64,000 nucleotides of DNA from Bdellovibrio sp. (GCA_036677065.1 JAKFBS010000004.1:288001-352000), one strand, 5' to 3'. Positions 47,692 to 59,325 are shown, counted from the first letter of the stretch. Notes: generated from the sequence alone by a model not told the origin. Translations and numbers: made by a program.

Positions 47692-49095
47692 TTAACCTTG
47701 GCGCTGGCGTTTATCAACAGCTAGCGCTGCTTCGCGAATCACTTCAGACATGGTTGGATGCGAGTGAAAAGATCTTGCTAGGTCTTCGCTTGATCCACCA
47801 AATTCCATAGCTACCGTAATTTCACCTAACATTTCAGATGCACCAGCGCCCACGATGTGGCCACCTAAAATGCGATCTGTGTGCTTATCAGCGATGATTT
47901 TTACAAAGCCTTCGGTAGCGCCGCGTGCTTTAGCGCGACCATTAGCAGCGAATAAGAATTTACCCACATTAACTTCAAGACCCTTGGCTTGAGCTTCTTC
48001 AGCAGTCATGCCTACAGATGCAATCTCTGGGTGAGTGTAAACTACAGAAGGAACGGTGTTGTAATTTACATGGCCATGACCTGTCGCAATTAATTCAGCA
48101 ACAGCTACGCCTTCTTCTTCTGATTTATGAGCTAACATCGGGCCAACGATCACGTCTCCTACTGCAAATATATTTGGAACATTTGTTTGGTAGTGTGAAT
48201 TTGTTTTTACGCGGCCACGATCATCTTTTTCGATACCTACAGTTTCAAGGCCTAATCCATCTGTGAATGGTTTGCGTCCTGTAGAAACTAAAACCACATC
48301 CCCTTGGATTGTGCCTTTATTGCCATCGGGCATAGTTTCAAAATCTAATTCAACACGGCCACCGGCAGAGCGTGACCCAGTCACTTTCGTTGAAGTTTTA
48401 AAGCTTACGCCCATTTTCTTCATTGAACGTACTAATGTATTTACGCAGTCTGTATCCATCATTGATAAAATCTTATCAGCATATTCGATCACAGTTACTT
48501 TTGAACCTAAACGCGCCCAAACAGAACCTAATTCAAGGCCGATGACTCCGCCACCGACAACTAACATTTCTTTAGGGATTGAATCTAAAGCTAATGCACC
48601 AGTTGATGAAACGATTTTTTTCTCGTCGTATTTTAAGAAAGGTAATTCAACAGGTACTGAACCCGTCGCGATACAAATATTTTTTGCATTTAATGTTTGT
48701 TTGGCGCCATCGTCAGCAGTGACTTCAACTGTATTAGCTGAAGTGATTTTACCTTTGCCAAGAATACGAGTGATTTTATTTTTCTTAAATAAGAACTCAA
48801 TACCACCGGTTAAATCACTAACGATTTTATTTTTGCGAGACATCATTGCATCAAGATTCATTTTCACGTCAGTGAATAAAATCCCGTGTTTATCAAAGTC
48901 ATGTAAGGCTTCGTGATAAAATTCAGAGCTTTGCAATAAGGCTTTCGAAGGGATGCAACCCACGTTTAAGCAGGTTCCACCTAAGGTTTTATCTTTTTCA
49001 ATAACAGCTGTTTTAAGACCTAACTGGGCTGCGCGAATGGCTCCCGTGTATCCACCAGGTCCGCCACCGATAATAACTAAATCAAATTCTTCCAT
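47692..49095 (-). CDS. lpdA: Dihydrolipoyl dehydrogenase (E3)
   Basis: GGGPGGY, GGTCLNVGCIPSK, GGGVIGLE, MLAHK, HSHPTMSE. Confidence 0.97.
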   Translation of the reverse strand: MEEFDLVIIGGGPGGYTGAIRAAQLGLKTAVIEKDKTLGGTCLNVGCIPSKALLQSSEFYHEALHDFDKHGILFTDVKMNLDAMMSRKNKIVSDLTGGIEFLFKKNKITRILGKGKITSANTVEVTADDGAKQTLNAKNICIATGSVPVELPFLKYDEKKIVSSTGALALDSIPKEMLVVGGGVIGLELGSVWARLGSKVTVIEYADKILSMMDTDCVNTLVRSMKKMGVSFKTSTKVTGSRSAGGRVELDFETMPDGNKGTIQGDVVLVSTGRKPFTDGLGLETVGIEKDDRGRVKTNSHYQTNVPNIFAVGDVIVGPMLAHKSEEEGVAVAELIATGHGHVNYNTVPSVVYTHPEIASVGMTAEEAQAKGLEVNVGKFLFAANGRAKARGATEGFVKIIADKHTDRILGGHIVGAGASEMLGEITVAMEFGGSSEDLARSFHSHPTMSEVIREAALAVDKRQRQG

Positions 49096-49129
49096 TTTAA
49101 ATATCTTTCTCGTTCAAAAAAACTAAGTA

Positions 49130-50380
49130 CTAAACTTCAATTAATAATCTTTCAGGATCTTCAATGCCTTCTTTGATTTTCACTAAGAAGGTTACGGCTT
49201 CTTTGCCATCGATAATTCTATGATCGTAGCTTAACGCTAAGTACATCATTGAGCGAATTTCAACTTTGCCGTTAATCGCCATCGGACGCTCTTGGATTTT
49301 ATGTAAACCTAAGATCGCAGATTGCGGAGCATTTAAAATTGGCGTTGATAATAATGAACCGAATACACCACCGTTAGTGATTGAGAAAGTTCCGCCAGAT
49401 AAATCATCTATCGAAATTTTTCCATCACGGCCCTTGTTCGCTAAATCGCGAATCGCTAATTCCACACCAGCCACTGATAAGTTATCAGCATCTTTAACAT
49501 TAGGAACCATTAAGCCGCGTTCAGTTGATACCGCAATACCGATATTGAAGTAGTTGTGGTATTCGATCTCATCACCAACAATCGAAGCATTTACTGCAGG
49601 TAATGCTTTTAAAGCTTCGATTGCAGCTTTAACGAAGAATCCGTTGAAGCCTAAGTTCACGCCGTATTTTTCTTTGAATTTATCTTTATATTTATTTCTG
49701 ATCTCGATCACTTTAGTCATATCAACTTCGTTGAAAGTTGTAAGGATCGCAGCTGTGTGTTGAGCCGCAACTAATTTCTCAGCGATTTTTTTACGGATGT
49801 TCGTCATTTTCACACGTTGAATATCACCTTGTTTAGAAGGTCCGCGCGGAACTGGAGTTACCGTTGGAGCTGCTGGTGCTTTTGCCGCTGGTGCCGGAGC
49901 AGCAGGAGCGGAAGCCGGAGCATTTAATACATCACCTTTTGTTAAACGGCCGCCAAGACCAGTACCTTGTACATTTGATGTATCTAAACCACGTTCGTTA
50001 ACTACACGTTGAACTGCGGGGGATTGATGGGCTTGTAATTCTGGGTGAGTCGCTTTACCACCACCAGAAGAAGATGCGCCTGCTGCAGGTTGAGCAGCTG
50101 TTGTTGCTTCGGCTTTTGGAGCTGATGTTCCCGCTGGAGCTTTTGCATCTGTATCGATTGAACCAACTGTTGCGCCAATTTTTACGGTGTCGCCAGCTTG
50201 GGCATTAATAGTAAGTACACCATCTTTTTCTGCGACAACTTCAACAGATGCTTTATCTGTATCTAGAAGCATGATCACTTCATTCATTTTTACGAATTCG
50301 CCAGATTTTTTTGTCCAGCTTCCGATAACTGCTTCTGTAATTGATTCACCAACCGCAGGAACCTTTACTTCTAATTTCAT
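49130..50380 (-). CDS. sucB: 2-oxoglutarate dehydrogenase E2 (succinyltransferase)
   Basis: Lipoyl [34 protein letters not shown]. Confidence 0.97.
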   Translation of the reverse strand: MKLEVKVPAVGESITEAVIGSWTKKSGEFVKMNEVIMLLDTDKASVEVVAEKDGVLTINAQAGDTVKIGATVGSIDTDAKAPAGTSAPKAEATTAAQPAAGASSSGGGKATHPELQAHQSPAVQRVVNERGLDTSNVQGTGLGGRLTKGDVLNAPASAPAAPAPAAKAPAAPTVTPVPRGPSKQGDIQRVKMTNIRKKIAEKLVAAQHTAAILTTFNEVDMTKVIEIRNKYKDKFKEKYGVNLGFNGFFVKAAIEALKALPAVNASIVGDEIEYHNYFNIGIAVSTERGLMVPNVKDADNLSVAGVELAIRDLANKGRDGKISIDDLSGGTFSITNGGVFGSLLSTPILNAPQSAILGLHKIQERPMAINGKVEIRSMMYLALSYDHRIIDGKEAVTFLVKIKEGIEDPERLLIEV

Positions 50381-50406
50381 TCTAAACCTCGTGTTTCTTT
50401 TTAAAC

Positions 50407-53118
50407 TTATACTTTAAATACTTTTTCAATAATTTCTGTTTGTTCAATCTTGTGACGGTAGATTGAGCCTGTTGCCGGAGATGCACGGTCTGGGCGACCG
50501 ACATAACCAAACTGAGCTTTTGAACCGATCTCAGTTAACAGTGTCGCAAACTTGAAATACACATAACTGAACGCGCCCATGTTTTGTGGCTCTTCTTGCG
50601 CCCAAATAACTTTTTTAGCATTCGGGTATGATTTCATGATTTTATTCACTTTCCAGTGAGGAAACGGAGAAATCTGTTCTAATCGAACTAACGCAGTTTT
50701 CGTGTCATTTAATTTTTCGCGCTGTTCTAGTAGTTCGTAATATAATTTACCAGATACAAACACGACTTTTTCTACTTTTGAATTATCAGTTAACAATGTG
50801 TCTGCTAATACTTCTTCGAAAGTGCCATTAGCAATTTCGCTGATCATGCTTGTTGCGCGTGGATGGCGAAGTAAAGATTTCGGCGACATCACCACTAGTG
50901 GTTTTCTGAAATCACGTTTTACTTGGCGGCGCAACGCATGGAAAATTTGTGACGGTGTAGTTAAGTTCACAACTGTCATATTATTTTGTGCTGATAATTG
51001 TAAGAAGCGCTCTAATTTTGCAGAACTGTGTTCAGGGCCTTGGCCTTCATAACCATGAGGTAATAAAAGAACTAAGCCTGACATTTGCTGCCATTTAGAT
51101 TCGCCAGCCGCTAAAAATTGATCGATGATAATTTGGGCGCCGTTTGCGAAATCGCCGAACTGAGCTTCCCAGATAGTTAAAAAAGACGGGTCTGTGATTG
51201 AATTACCGTATTCAAAACCCATTACGGCGTATTCAGATAAAATAGAATCGTAAACGCAGAAATTTGTTTTTTCAGAATTTAATTGTTTTAACGGAAAGTA
51301 AGATTCATTTGTTTTTGTATCGTAAAAACCTGCATGACGGTGAGTGAATGTACCACGCACGCAATCTTGACCGGTTAAGCGCACTGATTGGCCTTCGTTA
51401 ATTAAACTTCCGTAAGCTAAAAGTTCTGCCATACCCCAGTCGCAAGGTTCTTTGCCAGCGGCTTGTTGTTTACGTTGTTCAATAAGCTTAGGTAATTTCG
51501 GGTGAAGATTAAATCCAGCAGGAACGGTAGCGATTTGTTCGCCGACTTTTTGTAAAGTCGCAAGATCAACTGAAGTCTTTGTTGGTTTTTCCATGTCTTC
51601 GGTTAAACCTTTTTTAAGCCCAGCCCAAGCGCCTTCGAATTTAAAAGTTTTAACTTTCGGAGCTTGTTGTTTTGCAGAGTCGTAAATTTTTTGTAGATCG
51701 TTCATGCGATCAGTTAAAAGAGAATCAGTAAAGTTTTGATCGGCAACGTTTGTTGAAACTAATTGTTTTGCGTAGATCTCGCGTAAGGTCGGGTGTTTTT
51801 TGATGATATCGTACATTAACGGCTGAGTGAATGCAGGTTCATCACCTTCATTGTGACCAAATCTACGGTAACAAGTTAATGTGATCACGATATCGCGACC
51901 CCATTCTTGGCGGTAACGAACAGCGATATCCATCGCGCGAACACATGATTCAACATCATCACCATTACAGTGTAATACCGGAATCGCTAAAGCTTTAGCG
52001 ACATCAGATGAATAATGGGCTGAACGCGCGTTTTCAGGATTAGTTGTGAAGCCTACTTGATTGTCGATAATTAAATGAATTGATCCACCAACAGCGTAAC
52101 CACGAACGTGCGCCATTTGTAGAGATTCCATCACAACACCCTGGCCAGCAAATGCAGCGTCACCGTGAATGATTAATGGAATTACTTTTTTGCGATCTTT
52201 AGTGTCTAGGCGTTTTCTTTGCGAAGCACGAGCCATGCCAAGAACAACAGGGCCAACAGCTTCTAAGTGTGAAGGGTTAAATGCTAAATGACATTCAACT
52301 TTACCAGTTGGTGTGTCTTTAGTTTTTGAATAACCTAAGTGATACTTTACATCGCCGTCGTAATCTTCTAGCGGTTTTTCTAATTCAGTAGGGCCATTGA
52401 AATCGGCAAACATTGTGCCGACATCTTTATCCATGAAATTCGCTAATACATTTACGCGACCACGATGGGCCATGCCGACAACGATCTCTTCAGTTCCCAA
52501 AGCTGATGCGCTTGTTACTAAATGATCCATCATCGGAAGCGTGGCATCCGCGCCCTCTACAGAGAAACGCTTTGTTCCAACGTAACGAGTGTGGATGAAT
52601 TTTTCTAAACTCTCAGCGCGAGTGACTGATTTAAGAATTTCTTTTTTTTGATCGGCAGACAATTTGAAAGTTGGAGAATTTTGTTCAAATTCTTTGATAA
52701 ACCAATTTCTAACTTCAGGTAACGCTTCAGCAAACTGGGCTGTCAATTTACCGCAGTAAGCAGAGCGCAAGTGCGCGATGATTTCTTTTAAAGTTGAATT
52801 TGGTTTACCAACGATAGAGCCGATTTGGAAAGTTTGTTCTAAATCTTTGTCAGATAAATTAAATTTATTTAATTTCAGCTGGTCATTATGCGCCGGAGTG
52901 TTCGTTAACGGATCGATATCCGCTTCGTAATGACCGTATGTGCGGTAGGCATTAATTAGATTGTAAACATCTAATTCTTTTTCAGAGACGCCAAAGGCGC
53001 CGTCCTTCATGAATTCAACGCCTTCGAAAAAACGTTTCCACTCAAGATCTACAGAATCCGGAGATTTTTTAAATTGGTTGTATAATGATTCGATATATTC
53101 AAGGTTCAAATGATTCAT
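50407..53118 (-). CDS. sucA: 2-oxoglutarate dehydrogenase E1
   Basis: [59 protein letters not shown]. Confidence 0.98.
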   Translation of the reverse strand: MNHLNLEYIESLYNQFKKSPDSVDLEWKRFFEGVEFMKDGAFGVSEKELDVYNLINAYRTYGHYEADIDPLTNTPAHNDQLKLNKFNLSDKDLEQTFQIGSIVGKPNSTLKEIIAHLRSAYCGKLTAQFAEALPEVRNWFIKEFEQNSPTFKLSADQKKEILKSVTRAESLEKFIHTRYVGTKRFSVEGADATLPMMDHLVTSASALGTEEIVVGMAHRGRVNVLANFMDKDVGTMFADFNGPTELEKPLEDYDGDVKYHLGYSKTKDTPTGKVECHLAFNPSHLEAVGPVVLGMARASQRKRLDTKDRKKVIPLIIHGDAAFAGQGVVMESLQMAHVRGYAVGGSIHLIIDNQVGFTTNPENARSAHYSSDVAKALAIPVLHCNGDDVESCVRAMDIAVRYRQEWGRDIVITLTCYRRFGHNEGDEPAFTQPLMYDIIKKHPTLREIYAKQLVSTNVADQNFTDSLLTDRMNDLQKIYDSAKQQAPKVKTFKFEGAWAGLKKGLTEDMEKPTKTSVDLATLQKVGEQIATVPAGFNLHPKLPKLIEQRKQQAAGKEPCDWGMAELLAYGSLINEGQSVRLTGQDCVRGTFTHRHAGFYDTKTNESYFPLKQLNSEKTNFCVYDSILSEYAVMGFEYGNSITDPSFLTIWEAQFGDFANGAQIIIDQFLAAGESKWQQMSGLVLLLPHGYEGQGPEHSSAKLERFLQLSAQNNMTVVNLTTPSQIFHALRRQVKRDFRKPLVVMSPKSLLRHPRATSMISEIANGTFEEVLADTLLTDNSKVEKVVFVSGKLYYELLEQREKLNDTKTALVRLEQISPFPHWKVNKIMKSYPNAKKVIWAQEEPQNMGAFSYVYFKFATLLTEIGSKAQFGYVGRPDRASPATGSIYRHKIEQTEIIEKVFKV

Positions 53119-53243
53119 GAATTAGCCTCTCAAAACTTTTGCATGATATTTTATGTTTTCGCTCTTGATTGTGTCATAAAGATCAGACAAACTTAAGCCA
53201 ATTTTTCATATATTTTTTCAATTATTTAGAGAGGAAATTTCTC

Positions 53244-54011
53244 ATGAGTAACCCAACAGCTAAAACACACAAATTAGTCATCGTTCGTCATGGAGAGTCT
53301 CAATGGAATCAAGAAAATCGTTTTACTGGTTGGAAAGACGTAGATTTGTCTGAAAAAGGACGCGCAGAAGCGCAAAAAGCTGGCAAATCATTGCTAGAGC
53401 AAAAATTCGATTTCGATTTGGCGTACACAAGTTCTTTGACACGAGCTATCAAAACTCTAAATTCAATCCTTTCAGAAATGGATTTGAATTGGTTACCAGT
53501 GATTAAAGATTGGCGCCTAAATGAACGTCACTATGGTGATTTGCAAGGTCTGAACAAAGCAGAAACTGCAGCAAAACATGGTGAAGACCAAGTTAAAATC
53601 TGGCGCAGAAGTTATGACACTCCTCCTCCGATGATGGCAAAAACAAATCCTGAACATCCGATTCACGATAAACGTTATAAAAATATTAATCCTGAATTAT
53701 TGCCTTCAGGCGAATCACTAAAAGATACAGTGGCAAGATTTTTACCTTTATGGAACGAACAGATTTCTAAGGATGTATTAGCTGGTAAAAAAGTTTTAAT
53801 CGCGGCTCATGGAAATTCATTGCGTGCATTGATCCAACATTTAGAAAAAATGACGCCTGAACAGATCATGGAAGTCAATATGCCAACGGGTATTCCGATG
53901 ATGTATGAACTTGATGATAAATTAAATGTGATCTCGAAAAAATTCATCGGTGATGCTGATGAGGTCGCAAAAGCAATGGAAAGCGTTGCTAATCAAGGAA
54001 AGAAAAAATAG
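53244..54011 (+). CDS. gpmA: 2,3-bisphosphoglycerate-dependent phosphoglycerate mutase
   Basis: RHGESQWN, NRFTGW, LNERHYG, AHGNSLRAL. SD GAGGA before ATG 53244. Confidence 0.97.
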   Translation: MSNPTAKTHKLVIVRHGESQWNQENRFTGWKDVDLSEKGRAEAQKAGKSLLEQKFDFDLAYTSSLTRAIKTLNSILSEMDLNWLPVIKDWRLNERHYGDLQGLNKAETAAKHGEDQVKIWRRSYDTPPPMMAKTNPEHPIHDKRYKNINPELLPSGESLKDTVARFLPLWNEQISKDVLAGKKVLIAAHGNSLRALIQHLEKMTPEQIMEVNMPTGIPMMYELDDKLNVISKKFIGDADEVAKAMESVANQGKKK

Positions 54012-54013
54012 TT

Positions 54014-54967
54014 ATGAAAAATTTGGCAGCACTTAGTTTAGTTTTTTTATTCGCTTTTTCGTCAGAAGCGCAAATTAAAAAAACTTATGAACGCGTAAAG
54101 CAAGCTGTTACTGGTTCTGCAAAGATTTCACAGCCACATTATTTTCCGGTGCAATGGGAATTTCTTTTTTCGCTGTCGGCAGATATGACTAATATTGACG
54201 TTAATACGAAATCTGTTGGTCTAACAGTTTCGAAGTATAAAAATAGCCAACAAAATGTAGCTGCAAATTTTACGTTGGGTTTAACTGACTCTTTATTCGT
54301 TGGCCTTGAAAGTGGCTATACTCTGAAAAATGAATATTCATACAGTTTGCCTGCGGCTGCTAGTGAAAATTCAACGGGAATGACTGATCCTACTTTAAAT
54401 ATTGTTTTTCGCGCAGCTGATTTAGATAGTGCTAAGCTAGATTTGAAACTTTCATTTCAACCCATGCTTGGTGATTCTAAATTAGGTGATTCTACTCATG
54501 ATGGAAACGGTCTATACGGCGCCAACGTGACCACACTTGGCGGAAAAGTTGTTTTTCTTGCAACGCAAGCGTCGCAACTTTTTCTGTCTGGAGAATACAA
54601 GTTAATCGGCAAAAGAAATCTTTTAGATCAATCTGTTAACGAAGTTACAGAAGTCGATGCCCACAACGGCACGGAATTCCAGGTCGGTGTTTTAACAGAG
54701 ATCGACAAGGATGCTTTTTTTGGACTTAATTTTACTGTTTCACACGAAGATTCAACAGATTCTACAAATCTAAGCACGAATCAAAAAAGCGAATCTGAGT
54801 CGCTGGATCTTAAAACCTTACATTTAGTTGGTAAGTACGAATTCACTCCGGATACGAGCCTTGAAGTGCAGGTAGGTCATCTTCTTGAGGGTAAGTCCGA
54901 AGGTGATGGTTTGGAATCTGATGTTGAAGCTAATAGCTTGGGTTTCAGCTACTTAGTCCGTTTCTAA
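54014..54967 (+). CDS. Outer-membrane beta-barrel protein
   Basis: Signal peptide ending SEA, amphipathic strands, G..DP.L motif, C-terminal FSYLVRF. Confidence 0.7.
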   Translation: MKNLAALSLVFLFAFSSEAQIKKTYERVKQAVTGSAKISQPHYFPVQWEFLFSLSADMTNIDVNTKSVGLTVSKYKNSQQNVAANFTLGLTDSLFVGLESGYTLKNEYSYSLPAAASENSTGMTDPTLNIVFRAADLDSAKLDLKLSFQPMLGDSKLGDSTHDGNGLYGANVTTLGGKVVFLATQASQLFLSGEYKLIGKRNLLDQSVNEVTEVDAHNGTEFQVGVLTEIDKDAFFGLNFTVSHEDSTDSTNLSTNQKSESESLDLKTLHLVGKYEFTPDTSLEVQVGHLLEGKSEGDGLESDVEANSLGFSYLVRF

Positions 54968-54981
54968 ATCCTTACAAACGT

Positions 54982-54995
54982 GGTCCATACGTTGC
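54982..54995 (+). promoter_or_regulatory. sigma54 -24/-12 promoter candidate
   Basis: tGGTCCATACGTTGCt (GG-N10-GC), about 135 bp upstream of the ATG at 55130. Confidence 0.5.
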
Positions 54996-55129
54996 TCTTA
55001 AATTCTATGTCATAGCAAAGCGTAAGAAAAGTAAGGCTTAAAACAAATTTACATTGTTTTAAGGTCTGAATCTAACGCCTGCGGAGTGACTAATTTGAGA
55101 CACTGTCAATTAGGTTGACGGAGGAACGT

Positions 55130-57373
55130 ATGCTGAAAAAAGTCGGAATGTCATTATTAGTAATACCACTGGTTATGGGAAACCTTGCCCATGCTGCTGA
55201 TGGTATTTCGGGTCCTGGGCCGCAAGCTCAGCAAGCCGTAAATTTCGATCATGCAACTGATGCTAAGACTTCGATTTCACAGCAAATGGTTCTTTTTGAA
55301 ATGCCGCCTGAATATGAGTGTCCGCTATTTTCAAATTCTCCGTACACTGAAATTTTAAGTTCGTTAGATAGAATGCAAGAAAATTTAAATTCGACGTTTC
55401 CACAGTGTGATATGAAAGCGCAAAATGAAAAAGTCGCGCAAAAAGCGGTGGCTTTAAGAAATTCAGTATTTGAAGCTAAAAAATTACAAGAATCTGGTCA
55501 GACTTTTAAATTAGAAATGACGGCACAAACGATGGTAGATGCCGCTCAAAAAATTCAAGAAACATTGGCTTTGGCTGCGCAATCACAAACGAAAGTTTGT
55601 TACCGAAGCAACCAACAATTTAGAAATGTAGTTTTCTCGATCAATGAAACGTTTCAAGGAATTGCTCCCGTTGTTCTTGATATGATTGCAAAAAATCCAG
55701 TTTTAGGGGCTAAGCTTGGCCCAGCAGTAAAAATTTTAGCTGGCGCTGATGCACTTTCTAAAGGTTTAGGTTTTGTCGAGCAAATCGCGCAAGATTCAAT
55801 TATGTTTGATATGACTGATCAAAATAATCGTGTAAACACTTTGAAAAACGTTTGTCAGTACATGAAGCTTTACCGTCGTCTTGATTACATGCGCAGTCTT
55901 AAACTTGGACAAATTCAATCGGTGTACGCCGGCTACCAAAGTCGTATTCGTGATTTAAATCAAAATATCACAGACTACCGCCGTAAAAACAGCATGTCTG
56001 TATCGCCAACCAACGCAGCTGCTGTAAAACAACAGGCCTTTGAATTAGCAGGTATTGATGAATCTGATCCAAATTACCAGTTATTCAAAAGCTTAAAAAC
56101 TTTATTACCTGATGAGCTTAATAAATTACAAAAAGCACAGTATGATCTTGAGTTAGCGGCAAAAGATCTTCAGCGTCCTGAAGTGGCTCAGTGCCAACTT
56201 ATTCAGTCATCTAAGCTTTCGGTGACATACAAAAAGACCTTAGAAAAACTTATTGAATTTAGTATGACTTGGGCTGACCAAATGGGTGGATCACCAGATT
56301 CAGCTGCGGCAATTGAAGTTTTAAAAAGCCAGTTAGATGCTTATGATGAATACTTCGCTGAAGCGAAAGCATCTAAAAATCTTATTGAGTGTGTGAAGCT
56401 TGGCCAAGACTGGATTAAAATTTCTTTAGAACTATTAAGTACAGGTCAAAAGATTGTTCATATGTTTGCGCAAGAGCAGGCTGAATTACAAACTGAAAAA
56501 GATTCTATTAAAGAAAAAAGCTTATCTAAAAAAGAACGTGAAAAGCAAAACGTACAGACTAACTTAGCTAGTTTAAAATCTATGATGCAATATGCAGCTT
56601 TTGAATCTAGTGAGATTGAAAAGCGCGCTAAAGATATGCACCGTTATTTTTTTCGGGGTCCATTCTATAACGAAGTTAAATCGGCTTGTTCGGATGATCC
56701 AAATTGTGGCTGGTGGCAAAAAACTGTGGGCGGAGTAAAAGCCGCTTACCAATGGCAGCGTAATAATGGCCCGATTTACGAATTACTTCGTAACAATGAC
56801 CAACATTTTAATAATGCCTATAATCAGATGAATGAAGCGCGTGCGAAGCTAAATGTGTTTGAATATCAATTCGCTAAAGCTGATTACAAAGGTGTAACTA
56901 AAATGGGAACGATGGAAGCTATTTTAGCTCGCGGAAAATTATACGGTCAGCGGTTAACGCATTTATCTTTAAAATACATTAAAAAGGGATCGCCGACGCA
57001 TCAAAACCTTTGTATGAATGCGCGCCAAGTGTTGGATAAATACTTAGTGGCTTCGACTCACATGATGAGCAGCCAAGCGCTTTGCAATATGGTGTATCCG
57101 GCTTTAAAAGAAAATAATGTAGCGTCAGCTTTACGTGACTATTGTATTCCGCGTGCCGGGCGTACAGAAGCCACTGATAAGGCTTCAAAACTGCAACAGC
57201 TAATTTATACTTTAATTGGTGAGGGTGAAAGCAAAAAACGTTGGGTCGTCTACTTTGGAGATACTCAGGCGCGACAAATTGATGTCAGCAATGAAAATTC
57301 GCCGAAAGCTCTAGTTGATAAACTGATCGAAAAATACGACAATCTTGAGTGTGAACAAAAATCTGGTTTTTAA
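55130..57373 (+). CDS. Large secreted alpha-helical, Cys-containing hypothetical protein
   Basis: SD GGAGGA; signal peptide ending AHA; coiled-coil stretches; one internal hydrophobic Gly/Ala segment. Confidence 0.75.
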   Translation: MLKKVGMSLLVIPLVMGNLAHAADGISGPGPQAQQAVNFDHATDAKTSISQQMVLFEMPPEYECPLFSNSPYTEILSSLDRMQENLNSTFPQCDMKAQNEKVAQKAVALRNSVFEAKKLQESGQTFKLEMTAQTMVDAAQKIQETLALAAQSQTKVCYRSNQQFRNVVFSINETFQGIAPVVLDMIAKNPVLGAKLGPAVKILAGADALSKGLGFVEQIAQDSIMFDMTDQNNRVNTLKNVCQYMKLYRRLDYMRSLKLGQIQSVYAGYQSRIRDLNQNITDYRRKNSMSVSPTNAAAVKQQAFELAGIDESDPNYQLFKSLKTLLPDELNKLQKAQYDLELAAKDLQRPEVAQCQLIQSSKLSVTYKKTLEKLIEFSMTWADQMGGSPDSAAAIEVLKSQLDAYDEYFAEAKASKNLIECVKLGQDWIKISLELLSTGQKIVHMFAQEQAELQTEKDSIKEKSLSKKEREKQNVQTNLASLKSMMQYAAFESSEIEKRAKDMHRYFFRGPFYNEVKSACSDDPNCGWWQKTVGGVKAAYQWQRNNGPIYELLRNNDQHFNNAYNQMNEARAKLNVFEYQFAKADYKGVTKMGTMEAILARGKLYGQRLTHLSLKYIKKGSPTHQNLCMNARQVLDKYLVASTHMMSSQALCNMVYPALKENNVASALRDYCIPRAGRTEATDKASKLQQLIYTLIGEGESKKRWVVYFGDTQARQIDVSNENSPKALVDKLIEKYDNLECEQKSGF

Positions 57374-58541
57374 TTTTAGTTTAGTGAATGAAAATTTCGA
57401 TGGTCATACGCCGAAAATGGCGATGATCATCGAAAATGGCTTGATCTCATGGCTTGGTCCACAAAATAAAATCCCTAAAAAAGTAAAATTCAAAAAAGAA
57501 ATCGATTTAAAAAAGAAAAAGGTTTTACCTGCTTTTATCGAATGTCACACGCATTCATTGTTTGCTGGTTCTCGCGCCGATGAATTCGAACTGCGCAATA
57601 ACGGCGTAAGTTACTTAGAAATTGCTAAAAAGGGTGGGGGTATCCTATCCACAATGAAAAAAACCAGAACGGCGTCTGTTAAAGAGCTCTTAGCCAGCAC
57701 GCAAGAGCGTGTAAATAACTTTATCAGACAAGGTGTAGCCACTGTCGAGATTAAATCTGGCTATGCCTTAGATTTAAAAAACGAGATTAAATCTTTAGAA
57801 GTTATTAATAAAATTAAAACAGCGCGGGTGATTCCTACTTTTCTTGGCGCCCATGCAAAGCCTCCTGAGTATGATTCTTACGGAAAATACTTAGAGTATT
57901 TAGCTAAAGAAGTTTTACCTATCGTAAAAAAGAAAAAGCTTTCAAACCGCGTTGATATTTTCATTGAGAAGAATTTTTTCGAAGTTCCAGAAGCCCGAAC
58001 GTATTTAGCTGCAGCAAAAAGACTTGGCTTTGAGGTTACGATTCACGCCAATCAATTGTCGTTATCTGGCGGGGCAGAGCTGGCTTTAGAATTACAGGCT
58101 CAATCTGCAGATCATGTGATTCATTTAACGGATGAAACGATTCAATACTTTGCGCGCAACAAAACTGTGGCCGTATTATTACCAGCGGCCGACTTATATA
58201 TGAAGTGTCCGTATCCACCAGCACGCAATTTAATAGATAGTGGCGCGACAGTCGCACTGGCTACAGATTACAACCCTGGAAGTTGCCCTACGCAGGATCT
58301 ATCTTTAGTAGGATTACTTGCGCGCTTAGAAATGAAAATGACGCTGCCTGAAGTTTTTAAAGCTTACACAATCAATGCAGCATGCGCTTTAGGGATTGAC
58401 CATGAAGAAGGGTCATTGGCTGTCGGCAAAAGAGCTAATTTTATTTGCACTGATGCCGAGCTTTCTGACTTTTTCTATTCAGCGGGTGCAATGCCAAGTC
58501 ATCAACTTTTCATTCTAGGAAAGCCAACTTTAGTTGAGTAA
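57345..58541 (+). CDS. hutI: Imidazolonepropionase
   Basis: ECHTH, GGGILST, EIKSGY, FLGAHA, HANQL, SADH, LATDYNPG. Start uncertain. Confidence 0.95.
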   Translation: MSVNKNLVFNFSLVNENFDGHTPKMAMIIENGLISWLGPQNKIPKKVKFKKEIDLKKKKVLPAFIECHTHSLFAGSRADEFELRNNGVSYLEIAKKGGGILSTMKKTRTASVKELLASTQERVNNFIRQGVATVEIKSGYALDLKNEIKSLEVINKIKTARVIPTFLGAHAKPPEYDSYGKYLEYLAKEVLPIVKKKKLSNRVDIFIEKNFFEVPEARTYLAAAKRLGFEVTIHANQLSLSGGAELALELQAQSADHVIHLTDETIQYFARNKTVAVLLPAADLYMKCPYPPARNLIDSGATVALATDYNPGSCPTQDLSLVGLLARLEMKMTLPEVFKAYTINAACALGIDHEEGSLAVGKRANFICTDAELSDFFYSAGAMPSHQLFILGKPTLVE

Positions 58542-58629
58542 TTTATCGCCAAATTACACGTGGCGTCTTAAAATTTAAGATTCTTACATTTTAGTTGTAT
58601 AAGGGGTGCAGTCTTTCTAGGCTCACGTT

Positions 58630-59049
58630 ATGGCAGCAAGTTATTCTTCTTTTTTAACGACGCAATATTATAGTCCGGTATTTAATACCGCTTTATTCGA
58701 TGGCCCTTTTCGAATTTATTTTTCGCAAAGTTATGAGTCTGTCGCTTTAAAGATTTATCACTTACTGCAAACCCAAGATTTAGGGCTTTGGACTGAATAT
58801 AAAAAATGGTCTGAAAAAACTAAAAAGCACGCTTTTATTTTAATTTATCCATCGCCACAAGACTTAGCTGTCGCTTTCGATGGTGAAGCACAAGCTCCTT
58901 TAATGAATCGTCTTTGGGATGAAGGCTTGATTCTGGGCTTTGCAAATTCTCACTCAGATGACGCTTTTCCGGTAGTTTACCAAAGCATTCTGACTCAACT
59001 TAAGAATTTTATCGCCACAGAAAAAACCAATCTGAATTTACAATTCTAA
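58630..59049 (+). CDS. Hypothetical protein
   Basis: 139-aa ORF filling the gap; TTGTAT-N17-TAGGCT-N6-ATG upstream. Confidence 0.6.
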   Translation: MAASYSSFLTTQYYSPVFNTALFDGPFRIYFSQSYESVALKIYHLLQTQDLGLWTEYKKWSEKTKKHAFILIYPSPQDLAVAFDGEAQAPLMNRLWDEGLILGFANSHSDDAFPVVYQSILTQLKNFIATEKTNLNLQF

Positions 59050-59100
59050 AACGTCACATTAATCCTGTTGTTTTCTAAAATTTGTTCTTATACTTAAAGT

Positions 59101-59325
59101 ATGCGCTTGAATAGTCGTGGACAGGTTATTGTCGAATATTTATTAATCATGGTTCTTATGGTGGCAATCGCCGCGACGTTGACTAAAAATTTAGTGGGCC
59201 GTGGTGATGATGGCAATCAAGGTGTTATTGTTAAAGCTTGGAGCCGCATGGTTAAGGCGATCGGTAACGATTTACCAGATTGCGCCAAACAACAGAACTT
59301 CAACACAGCTAATTGTCCTAATTAG
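59101..59325 (+). CDS. Flp/TadE-like small pilin
   Basis: SRG|QVIVEYLLIMVLMVAIAA; C-terminal Cys pair; 74 aa. Confidence 0.78.
   Translation: MRLNSRGQVIVEYLLIMVLMVAIAATLTKNLVGRGDDGNQGVIVKAWSRMVKAIGNDLPDCAKQQNFNTANCPN

Noticed and set aside
48263..48916. 217-aa antisense ORF over lpdA, and similar shadows over sucB, hutH, hutU, fmt and glpK
   Set aside because: Antisense shadows of conserved, codon-biased genes.
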